A stretch of DNA of 63,638 nt, filler included, from Octopus bimaculoides (taxonomy: Eukaryota): NCBI RefSeq assembly GCF_001194135.2. It is 5 parts of 5 records of this genome, joined end to end, with 100 filler letters (N's around TTAATTAATTAA, not from the genome) between each part and the next. Parts side by side here need not be neighbours in the genome. Positions count along the whole stretch, not along the records: positions 24,771 to 43,673 come from NC_068997.1; positions 43,774 to 59,372 come from NC_068986.1; 3 more parts are not named here. One strand, 5' to 3'. Under the pieces are notes generated by a model. That model ran no database searches, was not told the DNA's origin, and was given only the letters and a program-made list of their open reading frames with translations. This document shows positions 38,650 to 50,051 of this stretch, in pieces. The position numbers and the translations under genes were made by a program. Every line of letters starts with the position of its first letter. Positions within the stretch are counted from its first letter, which is position 1.

Positions 38650-39519
38650 CATACATGGTGTTCAGACTAAATTTGAGGACTAGAAGTCGTCTGTATACTG
38701 GAAACGAGTTACCTGTATCAAGATGATTCACGCCGTGTATCAAAATGCCAACACAATGCTCTGTGAACACTGTAATGGTTTTAAGACGTGACATGAACAG
38801 CTGCAACGAGGACTGCGAAGCCGTAGCCAGCAGAAAGAGACACAGCCATCGATCGCCGGGATTCATCCAACAACTGGAAGACAAGTTGATGGAAGATCAG
38901 AGCAAGCGAATTTGGTTTTGGTCAGAGAAATAGGTGTTTGAGTCGCCACTATGAAGGTGCTCTGAATGAGAATCTTTGCAATCACTGTTATAAGAGGGGC
39001 AAAGTACAAATTCTGATGGCCTAGGAAAATTGCGTGATGAAAGCAAAGAAGTTCCTGAACAAGCTGAAGCATCCATTTAAGTTGTAGATGATCTGGTTCT
39101 TCTCAGCTGAAAAGAACTGGCAGGGTCAGTTTCACATCCAGAACCAGCGGCTTGCTAAAACCCATGTGATGTCCCACACATCATGAAAACCAAGTTCTCC
39201 CAAACTGCGATAGTCTTTGAGTGTGTCTCCAGTAAGAGTGACGTCATACTACTCCAAATCTTTGAACAGGGCCTGCTGGAAATTTTGATTAAAGCTGGAT
39301 ATTTTGGCTGGAGACGGTTGCTACTGGAAGGCCATATGTGTGGCAGCAGGATTCGGTTCCCTGCCATACCTCCAGAATGAGTGGTTATCATAGCATTCCC
39401 TCGACTTCACTAGCCCCAGTTTTTGGCTGCCTACTTCCCTCGATTGTAATTTCATGAATTATTATGTGTGGGGCCTGGTTCAGTAAGCCACCAACTGGTC
39501 TGCTTGCAACGGCCAAGAT
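38650..39519 (+). mobile_element. Degenerate DD37D-like Tc1/mariner transposase remnant
   Basis: MKTKFSQTAIVFECVSSKSDVILLQIFEQGL, QQDSVPCHTSR and FWLPTSLDCNFMNYYVWGLV resemble TKFPA.VMV.G.VS..G.VMPP, QQD.AP.H and WPP.SPD.NP.DY.VWG. Confidence 0.75.
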
Positions 39520-39900
39520 NNNNNNNNNNNNNNNNNNNNNNNNNNNNNNNNNNNNNNNNNNNNNNNNNNNNNNNNNNNNNNNNNNNNNNNNNNNNNNNNN
39601 NNNNNNNNNNNNNNNNNNNNNNNNNNNNNNNNNNNNNNNNNNNNNNNNNNNNNNNNNNNNNNNNNNNNNNNNNNNNNNNNNNNNNNNNNNNNNNNNNNNN
39701 NNNNNNNNNNNNNNNNNNNNNNNNNNNNNNNNNNNNNNNNNNNNNNNNNNNNNNNNNNNNNNNNNNNNNNNNNNNNNNNNNNNNNNNNNNNNNNNNNNNN
39801 NNNNNNNNNNNNNNNNNNNNNNNNNNNNNNNNNNNNNNNNNNNNNNNNNNNNNNNNNNNNNNNNNNNTATATATATATATATATATGGGCAGTCATACGT

Positions 39901-39929
<29 letters not shown>

Positions 39930-39935
<6 letters not shown>

Positions 39936-40045
39936 GACTGATAGAATAAGAAGTACCAGAATTAAAATTAGTACTGAAGATGACTTGCTCAAATACAACC
40001 TTGAATGCGGTGCTCTAGTATGACAGCAATTTAAACAAGTAAAGG
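39930..40045 (+). mobile_element. SINE family B, 3' fragment
   Basis: AGAGACTGATAGAATAAGAAGTACCAG...GCGGTGCTCTAGTATG...AAACAAGTAAAGGATA. Confidence 0.6.
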
Positions 40046-40071
40046 ATAACGTGTATATCTGCATGTTTCGC

Positions 40072-40159
<88 letters not shown>

Positions 40160-40276
40160 TCTCTCTCCTGGGAGAGCAAGAGAGAGAGAGCGAAACATGC
40201 AGACAGACAGACAGACAGACAGACAGAAATGCACACACATACTTGTATACATGTCTGTGTGTGCAATAGTTAGTGG

Positions 40277-40425
40277 CTGCAACAGGCTCTATAGATTGTT
40301 ACACAGTCAACTGTATCACAGTGAGGCAGGCAATACGTTAGGTCTGCAACATGCAGCTAAAATGCATGTAGTCTGCTGCCAGATTCTACTGTCTCGTCTG
40401 CTGTCTACGGCTTGCTGCTACATCC
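40277..40425 (-). repeat. Inverted partner of 32100-32248
   Basis: 145/149 identity by manual alignment. Confidence 0.9.
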
Positions 40426-40612
40426 ACTCTGCTAGAGGAGGGTGGGGCATCAATATCCCGTAGTTTGCATTTACTTTTTTAGCTGACCATCACCTTGATT
40501 ATCTCAACCGGTTTTTATTAAATATTTTAACACCTGTTCACAACATCGTTTTTTTTTAAGTGTAATTTGTGTGGAAATTGGCTGTTATTTCAAGCAAGTC
40601 CGGTGTAGATTA

Positions 40613-40643
<31 letters not shown>

Positions 40644-41181
40644 ATGTGTGTGTGTGTGTGCGTGCGTGTATGTGAGTATCTAATGTTTCTACCTTTGTGT
40701 GTAACTGTATATGTATGCGTGTGTATGTGTTTCACATCTAGTGTGTGTTTGTGTGTGTGCGTGTGTGCGTGTGTATGTATGTGTGTGTGTGTGTGTTTTC
40801 TTTCACTGTATATGCATGTGTCTATATGTTTCTGCATGTGTGCATGTGTCTATATGTCTTTACCTGTGTGCATGTGTGTATGTCTTTATTCCCACCTCCG
40901 TATGTGTGTGCATGCGCCTTTGTCTGCCTTTTGTGTGGGTATGTCTATATATTTCTCTTTCTGTTTATATGTGTGTCTGTATATTTTATGTGTTGTGCTT
41001 GTGCGTTTATGCTTTTCTGTTTCTCTTTGTATATGTGCGCATGTGTGTGCGTTACTCAGCTCTTTCAGCAGTAGCCGGAAACAAAGACGGACAAGTAAAG
41101 TACGTGGTGATAATACACTTCTAGGTACGTATGCGTGTAGATAGCCGTTAGTGTGTATTCAGCAAAGTGTTAGCTCTAAGT

Positions 41182-41227
<46 letters not shown>

Positions 41228-41349
41228 NNNNNNNNNNNNNNNNNNNNNNNNNNNNNNNNNNNNNNNNNNNNNNNNNNNNNNNNNNNNNNNNNNNNNNNNN
41301 NNNNNNNNNNNNNNNNNNNNNNNNNNNCCCGCTGCTAGGCTCCAGCAAG

Positions 41350-43500
41350 TAGCCCCAGCAAGTTGTCACATGACACTATCTGAACTTTAACTGACAATGG
41401 ATTCTCTTGGAAGAGGACCCAATTTTTAAGATTTATCTCATTTACTGTTGGTGTTAGTATAACTATTTCTTGAATCCATTTTTGAACATTAAAATAGATA
41501 TGGATATCTGGACATACTTTTGTTGCTAGTTTATTGATATCTTGAGCTTGACTCTTAAGGCGGTATCTGTAATATTCTGCCATTGGTTACCTGCTAAACT
41601 GAAGCAATAAATTGGCATGTTGGCCAAATGTTTCTTTTTTCTTATACTTGTTTTAATGACCACTCTTATGTTTGTTGATATAGGTTTAATTCTTGATCTA
41701 CCTACCAAAGATGAAATTTTAAGGCTGGTATTAGGCTCATGTACTAATCTGCCCTTAAGAATCATTGATAGAATTAGCAAGCAGCAGCAGAGATATTCCA
41801 GCCACATCATTAGTTTTTCTTGTGTCCTTCCATTTCTAATCCAGTGCTTCAAGGAGAAGTTTATGCATCCCACACAATCAATCGGCAACTTTTGAGGACA
41901 ACTGTTTGAATCTCAGCTACTAATGCAGACAGGTGCAACAGAGGATGTCTCGAGTTAAAGTGATCTTATCAATGGCTGTACGGTTCTTCCACCTGTCAAG
42001 AGTGTCGCAGCTACTCCAGAGAAAGTTGCAACAAAGGAGATTTTCTGGGAACTTCTTACCCTCCCATTATATCTAAGAAAAGGATTCCCGGTTTATTTGA
42101 AAAGAATGAGTGGCCCACTTTATAATAAACACTTCTTTAATTTGGTATCAATTTTGGCTCAATTTCTTTAACAATTCTATCCGAGCGTTCTCTGAATACA
42201 TTATTACACCATTGAGTTTTGATGTGGTCTTTTAGGTGATTACATTAAAGCTTTTCCATATATTGTCTGTACCAAATCCCACTTTGCAAAGAATGAAGTT
42301 GAACATATCCTTCAGAAATAAAGGAGAGCCATATTGGCCTTTGTCTGATGTAAAATGTCTTCTGGCATAGACTCTTTGTACTTTCGTTTTTTTTTTTCGG
42401 ATGCATACGACTGTATGTACTGTATCATGAAATGAGAATAGCAGACAAATCGCATTCTCATCTACTCATGGGAATTTGAAGGTAGTGGCATTTTTTAGTC
42501 TTTTTGAAATTTTTTTTTTCTTTTTTTCTTTTTGCACTCGCTAAATGTAATATTTGGGGAAATCACATATTGAAGGAATTTTGGCAAACTCCTCAATTTG
42601 ACAAAGTTGAAAGAACGCTGTGTGATTGACCCTAGTTTCGTTAGATGCAATCAAGGACATTTTCCTCATTAAAATAAAGTCTTATACCATTTTCTAAGGG
42701 CATTGCACTCAGGCGGCGTTCATTGATCGGAAAGTTTAAAATTATTATAATTTCTTTATTCCTTCATTCTTTTATTCGTACAGATGTATGTGCCTGACCT
42801 TTAAATCGTAATCTCATCACGATGGCTTGGATATGAATCTTGGACTACAAAAGCACGGCTTGATCACTTCCTTTGTTCATCTATTTCCAAACGCACTTAG
42901 TAGATTTGACTGAACTGCTTTAAAGATCTTTGAAATCATTTGTGAATATGGGATTGTCCATTGATTGTCTATTTGAATAATGAGATTTCTTTGTTTGGTT
43001 ATGGCCGTGAATCCGCTTTTGCCTGGTTTCTTCCTTTTGTACTCTGGATATCCACCATAACCGGCTTCAATCTCAGTCAGAAAAGGATGTGGATAGCCCT
43101 TTATGCATTTATTATCTTTCATTTAAGGAGACTGCTGTATGGGAGTCCATACGGACCACAAACCATATGCTGCTTTATGATCTCAAAGAGAATAGGATCT
43201 GAGTATTTATCACCTGGAAGAATATGATCAATTTCAGGGCCACAGCTCTTTTCCTCCCTCCAAAACACAAAGTGGACATGGAGTAAACCACTTGTACCAT
43301 TTTATAACGCACATAAAAGAACAAGATTTTCAAAATTTTGGTCATTTTGTAAAAAGACCCAAATATTTCCTTCAACATAATCACCATTTAACGAAAATCT
43401 TTCACGACAATGCCATATTGATATCGAGCTGTATGGCGTAGAAAGAATAGTTTCTATTTTGGATTGCATGTGAAGGTAATAAACACCCAAACATCCAGAT
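41350..43500 (-). mobile_element. Helitron Rep-helicase remnant (heavily degenerate, internally deleted)
   Basis: Rep-like DPILFEIIK...MKDNKCIKGYP...GYPEYKRKKP...IDNQWTIPYSQMISKIFKA. PIF1-helicase-like SGVAATLLTGGRT, STNIRV and KLATKVCPDIH...WIQEIVILTP, in colinear order. Confidence 0.85.
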
Positions 43501-43539
43501 ACAAGTAATACCATCTTATACGTATGCGTACATATACCC

Positions 43540-43630
43540 TAACCCTGAACCGCTAAGTTACGGGGTGCGCAAACACACTAACACCAGTTGTCAGGTAGTG
43601 TAGAGGGGTGACAATCAGAGACACAAAGGT
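43540..43630 (-). mobile_element. SINE family B fragment
   Basis: GAACCGCTAAGTTACGGGG...AAACACAC...GTTGTCAGG...AGAGACACAAA. Confidence 0.65.
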
Positions 43631-43673
43631 ACACACACACACACTCATATGCATATATATACATATATATATA

Positions 43674-43773
43674 NNNNNNNNNNNNNNNNNNNNNNNNNNN
43701 NNNNNNNNNNNNNNNNNTTAATTAATTAANNNNNNNNNNNNNNNNNNNNNNNNNNNNNNNNNNNNNNNNNNNN
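43674..43773. other. Artificial scaffold-join linker 44N-TTAATTAATTAA-44N
   Basis: Same construct as 24671-24770. Confidence 0.9.
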
Positions 43774-43823
43774 ATATATACACATACATATATTATATGT
43801 CCATGTATATGACTATATTTATA

Positions 43824-43870
<47 letters not shown>

Positions 43871-44457
43871 ATAGTTATGTAAACCTCCTAACACTGTGGA
43901 ATAGGATTTTCACAGTGCTGCAGTGCCTTCCGCCTCTTGTGTGCAGTACAATTCTCTACACAACTTGGGAGAAAGTTTCAACATGGGCCAATATATGGTT
44001 TTGTACTATTCGTAATTTTTCGAGTTGTATACAACATTTCTTTATATCTTTATTAATAATTTTGCCTGCAGAACGCTCTCCGTAATGTTCCTTTCATACT
44101 GCTCTTACTATTCTATATTTGATTGTTTCTTGTATTCTTTTCCGAACCCTAATATATGATCAAGATGTCATTTTTGATGAAAAAGTTGCGATAATTGGTG
44201 TATAACAACGGCATCGGCACCAACGATATTGTATGCCGTTGTGATGATGACAGTATTGGTGAGGGAGAACAAGATTTTGTGCAGCATGTCTGTGCTTAAA
44301 GAAGATATTGTTTTGCGATAGGACTTGCTAGGTTCGCTCCCACAAGTAAAATCTTACTACAAATACACGGCATTTTCCGTAAGTGTCTTCTTCTAAAGAC
44401 CCGGGCCTCACAATGCCTTGTCAGTGAATTCGGTATACAGGAACTGCGTCGGATACC

Positions 44458-44524
<67 letters not shown>

Positions 44525-44528
<4 letters not shown>

Positions 44529-44646
44529 AAATTTACAAAAAAGAAACAAAACAAAAGACGAAGACGGGTGTGTAAACAACAAACAGATGTATTAGTTTAA
44601 CGCTCGTTAAGTGAGAAAGTCTTTTACGTTTCGTGCCTACATTACA
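44525..44646 (-). mobile_element. Repeat family D (Penelope-terminal-repeat-like), truncated by the MITE
   Basis: Reverse complement GTAGGCACGAAACGTAAAAGACTTTCTCAC...GAGCGTTAAACTAATACA is homologous to 54385-54480. Class assignment is inference. Confidence 0.6.
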
Positions 44647-45610
44647 CAGTAATTCCTTGCCATATCGAGATTCACCTACCGCTGTTTATTTTTTAAGTTT
44701 ACGTTGATTCCTCCGTGGTGTTGTTTTGCATTTATAATAAAAGAGATATGAGGTCATTAAGAATGAAATGCTTGACAGTCATTAACTCTAATGTTTTGTC
44801 CTGACAATTCTTTGTTTTACAACATCGAATAGTTACATCATCACTTCTCGAAATGCAATTCATGGTGTCTGATTATATTGTGAGTCTTGTTAATCTTGTA
44901 AATCAATTTTTGTCAACCTATGGATAGATAAAAAGCGTGTTGCTTATGAATATGAATTCCGTCGTGGAACAAATGCATCCCAGACAACTCCAAACGTCGA
45001 TGAGGTGTTTGGTAAAGATGTGGCGGATAGGCGCACTGTACATCGATGATTTGAGAAGTTCCAGTTTGGTGACTTTACACTTGAAAATCAGCCCCGTGGT
45101 AGATCTGAGACCAAGGTGGATAAGGATAGAGACTGGCCAATTCTCTTCAAGACAATTGCACAAAGAACGCTACTCAAGACACAGGAACTGAACTTGAAAC
45201 GCTTTATCATTCACCAAATTCACCAGACCTTGCAGCAACTGACTTTCACGTTTTTCAGATATTAAACAACTTTTTGCAAGGAAAATACTTTAAATCTTAA
45301 GAAGATGCAAAGACAGGCTTTGGTGATTTCCTCACCGCTTGCTCAACAGAATTTTTCGTTGCCAGCATATATAAGCTACCGATAAAATATCAAAATTGTG
45401 TTGCATACTTTGATTAACTGCATCGTTTTTTGTTGAGATAGAGTAAGATACATTTTCAGTTCAAAATCGGACATTTCACTCTTAATGACTTAATATATGC
45501 AAATTATAAAAATAATTAAAAAAATATACAGTATTGCACTGTTTCTACTTCGTGGATTTTCACCTATCGCGGATGGTTTTGGAACCCCCGCGATAGGGGA
45601 GAGATTACTG
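44647..45610. mobile_element. pogo/Tigger-like MITE carrying a nested mariner
   Basis: Left end CAGTAATTCCTTGCCATATCG, right end CGCGATAGGGGAGAGATTACTG. Internal segments are colinear with 3216-3405. Confidence 0.8.
44749..45493 (+). mobile_element. Internally deleted mariner (SETMAR/Hsmar-like HTH joined to C-terminus)
   Basis: TIRs TGAGGTCATTAAGAATGAAATG and CATTTCACTCTTAATGACTTAA match at 19/22, with TA on both sides. It encodes YEYEFRRGTNASQT...VFGKDVADRRTVHR*FEKFQFGDFTLENQPRGR, then SPDLAATDFH...QGKYFK...EFFVASIYKLP...YFD*. The central catalytic part is missing. Confidence 0.9.
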
Positions 45611-46144
45611 CATATATATGTATATATATATATANNNNNNNNNNNNNNNNNNNNNNNNNNNNNNNNNNNNNNNNNNNNNNNNNNNNNNNNNNNNNNNNNN
45701 NNNNNNNNNNNNNNNNNNNNNNNNNNNNNNNNNNNNNNNNNNNNNNNNNNNNNNNNNNNNNNNNNNNNNNNNNNNNNNNNNNNNNNNNNNNNNNNNNNNN
45801 NNNNNNNNNNNNNNNNNNNNNNNNNNNNNNNNNNNNNNNNNNNNNNNNNNNNNNNNNNNNNNATATATACACACAGACACATACATACATAAATATATAT
45901 ATATATATCCACATGTGTTTATATACATACATACATACATACATATATATATATATGCATGTATGTATGTATGTATGTATAAGTATATATGTAATTGTTT
46001 TTCCAAATAAATTGCACTTTCTGCTTGAGGCTCCGATGAAGCTATAAGATGTTACTCACGCACACCACTATGACTCCACCGACTCGTATAGCAGAAACAA
46101 CTAACGAAACTAACGAAGTTCATGAGAGGACTGTTTAGTCTAAC

Positions 46145-46190
<46 letters not shown>

Positions 46191-47599
46191 AATGAATAGT
46201 ACTAGACAATAGATAATTTTCAGTTCATTACAGCTGTTTCTTACGCATTTTTACGTAGAAGATTGAGAACATTACTTCATTAGAAAAACCATAATCATCA
46301 GATGAAATGCAATTTTAAAAACAAAATAACATCCCAAGAATACATCAGGGACGTGGATAGAGTCTGCGGAGCCTAACTACAAAATGGGAGAATGACCAAC
46401 AAAGTTGGCTATTGAGGGCATTAAAGAGCGGCGTTAAGCTGAGAATATGATTTGTGAAAGGGTGTAATATGATATTTAAGGTCAGCAACCCGGGTGAGAT
46501 AAGAGTCTGCTTGACTGTTTCTTTGGTAGGCTAGAGTGGTGTGTAGGTGATATTTTATTATACTAGTCTCAGAGAATTGGGCAGCTGGGAGAGGACCGAA
46601 GATAAAGGAAGGACAAAGAATAAAGAAAGAATAAAGAACGCAAAAGGTAAAAGTGAAGAAAAATAAATGTATAAAGCCAATTAGGTATAGGGTCGGGGTT
46701 TAGGATTCGCTAGTTAAGGCTAGATAACAAAGGGAGGAAGGCAAAGATACACAGAATTTAGGGGTATTCTGTGGATATAGGTTAGATGTTGGAGGAGGGT
46801 ACGAAGGCAATCGAATGATAAGTTCTAACTGTTAAGGAATTTTAGTGTTTTATGCGATTGATTTATCTGGTAAAGTGGAAAGATATAGGGTGTTGTTTTC
46901 GATACGAATATGTTATATGGATTAGTGGAGACCGCTTGTAATATAAGGACATGTTTGCCTGCAGAGGAAAAGCCTAGTAGTAACAGTAGAGTACTACGTA
47001 TCATTAAGGAGTTCAAAGAAAGAGGGAGTTATATAATAAACTACACCTAGTACCGAGTTAGAAGAAACACCAGATCGGATATCAAAGAAAGCCAGCTGTA
47101 GGAAGTAGTCCAATGGTTAACAATTTGAAATGTTATATAAGTGGCGTTTATATTATTTAATCATCATTGTATGAATAAGGTAATGCAACTCCGGACAATA
47201 GTTGAGAGTAAGAGGTTTGGATAGTGTCTTCCATCTATTATTTAACATGCGCAGCACAAGTAACTGTATCTTAGTGAAATTGGAAAGGAACTGGATAGAG
47301 AGTGCAGGCTACTACTTCTAGTTTAGATATCTTTGCTATCGCTAAATCATAATACCGGGTACACCACAAATGGAATGATTAGTTCCTTCAATATAGCATG
47401 CCATGCAAGTATAGTAAGAGTGGTTAGGAAGTAAGTGGCAAAGAAGAACGAGACTAGAAGGACTCAAACGATTGAGCACATCAATCGACTTCTTGGGCAA
47501 CAATAGATGGAGTAAATTAGATTTGCCCTAGGTTAGGACCTATTATAGAGTTTGTTTTATGTCCTTAAAATATTTAAAGGTGCGGGTAGCCTTATGTAT

Positions 47600-48000
47600 G
47601 AAGGAAAGACAAAGGTCTATTTCATTGTTTATTGGAATTTTCACTGTTTGATCTCTTTAAAATTTCAAACAGCTCCATGCAGCAAAGCCTGCACCCATAT
47701 GTACTATTTGAGTACGGTTTAGCGACCCTAATGATATCCCAACTCAAATCAACATTAACATCGACGTCCTTGAGTTTCCAAATCTTCGTGGCTAGAGAAG
47801 TTCTGCCTGCCCAATATTTCAATTTAACGGAAGAATGGTGGTTACGTAAACGCCCCTCGAAATTTACGGAACAGCCGATATAAGCATAAGTATTCGTCTC
47901 CGTCACAACATTACATTTGTAAAAAACATTTACCACTAGAAATTGACCAAAAAGTGGACATGACATTTTTCCTAAACAATTGCACCTAATATTTTCTAAG
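47600..48000 (-). mobile_element. Penelope-like element GIY-YIG endonuclease domain (3' end of ORF)
   Basis: RCNCLGKMSCPLFGQFLVVNVFYKCNV...AYIGCSVNFEGRLRNH...TSLATKIWKLKD...SWDIIRVAKPYSNSTYGCRLCCME fits PLE CNC..CPL, VY..YIG and CRLC motifs. Truncated upstream by (TG)n and a gap. Confidence 0.85.
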
Positions 48001-48052
48001 ACATGAAATTTATTGTGTGTGTGCGTGCGTGTGTGTGCGTGTGTGTGTGCGT

Positions 48053-48095
<43 letters not shown>

Positions 48096-48650
48096 NNNNN
48101 NNNNNNNNNNNNNNNNNNNNNNNNNNNNNNNNNNNNNNNNNNNNNNNNNNNNNNNNNNNNNNNNNNNNNNNNNNNNNNNNNNNNNNNNNNNNNNNNNNNN
48201 NNNNNNNNNNNNNNNNNNNNNNNNNNNNNNNNNNNNNNNNNNNNNNNNNNNNNNTATATATATATATATATTAATATTTCGCTTAGGTATAGCGAGACTA
48301 ATAAACTGGTCTGGAACTCAATATACATATGATGCAGGACTCAATATTAGATGAATATAGAGTTGTAATAGGAAGAAAGAGATGACACCGGAAAAAAACC
48401 AAATGTCATGTAATGAACTTCATTAGCTTACAACTAATATGATTCTTCGAAGACAGTTGCTCCCATAAGTACCAAAATAAAATTTGGGATTTATGGCGGG
48501 TTAAAGTTGGGAACAAAAACAAGACAGTGGAGACATACAATGAAACCGAACTAAAAGAAAAATGGAGGGTCGTTAGACCAGAACAAGGGTAAAATATCGA
48601 ACGCTGGAGAAAAGTTTTCTTTGACAAGAGAAAGGATAGAAGAGAGAGAT

Positions 48651-48800
48651 ACAGGCGTCGCCGGATTCCGGAACAAGTGCCGCCGGATTCCGGAACAGGC
48701 GCCGCCGGATTCCGGAGCAGGCGCCGCCGGATTCCGGAAGAGGCACTGAGGATTCCAGAACAGGCACTGAGGATTCCGGAACAGGTGCCGCCTGGAATTC
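48651..48800 (+). repeat. GC-rich 22/21-bp minisatellite ACAGGCGCCGCCGGATTCCGGA
   Basis: Four 22-bp units (48651, 48673, 48695, 48717), two 21-bp variants (48739, 48760) and a partial seventh. Confidence 0.95.
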
Positions 48801-49026
48801 GCCGTTGTCCTCCAGTTAGCGGGGTTGCAACCCTAGCACCGCCGGTGTCAGAGCTGTCCGCCTTCGGGTGGCCCTACCATGGGCTCAAAGTCCCCGACTG
48901 CATGGTTCTGACATTCAATGGCTTAACCTTCCCACCATGATGCAGAAAACGCTGGACTTTAAGGAATGAACACGATACCCATTCAGTATTCACCATACCA
49001 GCGATCCGTAATCTGCCTTACACAAC

Positions 49027-49073
49027 GGACTGCTAAGCATTTCGTTCAGCGTGCTAACAAATCTGCCAGCTCG
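49027..49073 (-). mobile_element. SINE family A head fragment inside the TIR element
   Basis: GCTAAGCATTTCGTTCAGCGTGCTAACAAATCTGCCAGCTCG. Confidence 0.7.
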
Positions 49074-49212
49074 TTCGGTTTCCTTGTATGTCTCCACTTT
49101 CCTGTTTTTGTTCCCAACTTTGACCCTCCATAAATCCCAAATTTTATTTCGGTACTTATGGGAGCAACTGTCTTCAAAGACTCATATAGCCGTTCAATGC
49201 TCGAAATGAGGA

Positions 49213-49258
<46 letters not shown>

Positions 49259-49267
49259 TGATGATGA

Positions 49268-49482
49268 TGTTTCAAATTTTTCCACAAGGGCAGCTGTTTT
49301 GGGGGAGGAGATGCATCGATTACATTGACCCCAGTATTCAACTGGTACTTAAGTTATCGAACCCGAAAGGATAAAAGGCAAAGTAAACCTCGGCGGAATT
49401 TGAACTCAGAACGTATGGACAAACGAAATGCCGCTGAGCATTTTGCCCGGTGTGCTAACGATTCTGCCAGCTCGCCTCCTTT
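49268..49482 (-). mobile_element. SINE family A, full length, between (AAT)n tracts
   Basis: TTTCAAATTTTTCCACAAGGGCAGC...CGGCGGAATTTGAACTCAGAACGTA...ACGATTCTGCCAGCTCGCC. Confidence 0.9.
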
Positions 49483-49839
49483 TAATAATAATAATAACAA
49501 TAATAATAATAATAATNNNNNNNNNNNNNNNNNNNNNNNNNNNNNNNNNNNNNNNNNNNNNNNNNNNNNNNNNNNNNNNNNNNNNNNNNNNNNNNNNNNN
49601 NNNNNNNNNNNNNNNNNNNNNNNNNNNNNNNNNNNNNNNNNNNNNNNNNNNNNNNNNNNNNNNNNNNNNNNNNNNNNNNNNNNNNNNNNNNNNNNNNNNN
49701 NNNNNNNNNNNNNNNNNNNNNNNNNNNNNNNNNNNNNNNNNNNNNNNNNNNNNNNNNNNNNNNNNNNNNNNNNNNNNNNNNNNNNNNNNNNNNNNNNNNN
49801 NNNNNNNNNNNNNNNNNNNNNNNNNNNNNNNNNNNNNNN

Positions 49840-50051
49840 GATCTCAAATTTTAAAGCAAACATAATTTTCTTATGGTTTCTTAAACATTCACTTGAACAA
49901 AACTGTACAAATCCAAATATATGGTACCCTAGGCATAACACCTACATGAACTTCTAACTTGTTGTCTCTTGAGGTCTCTGGGTGAGACTTGGATCCAACT
50001 TGTACAAATGCAAAACAAAAGTCAAACATAAAATAATAATAATAATAATAA

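Larger units (their letters stand above)
48441..49183. mobile_element. Non-autonomous TIR element (743 bp, 111-bp TIRs, ATAT flanks; Sola-like by inference)
   Basis: 48441-48551 versus the reverse complement of 49073-49183 gives 103/111 identity. ATAT lies at 48437-48440 and 49184-49187. Confidence 0.85.

Noticed and set aside
48651-48800. Palindromic 22-bp repeats as CRISPR repeats, or the 87-aa ORF 48677-48940 as a gene
   Set aside because: The repeats are contiguous without spacers, and the ORF is just the repeat read-through.
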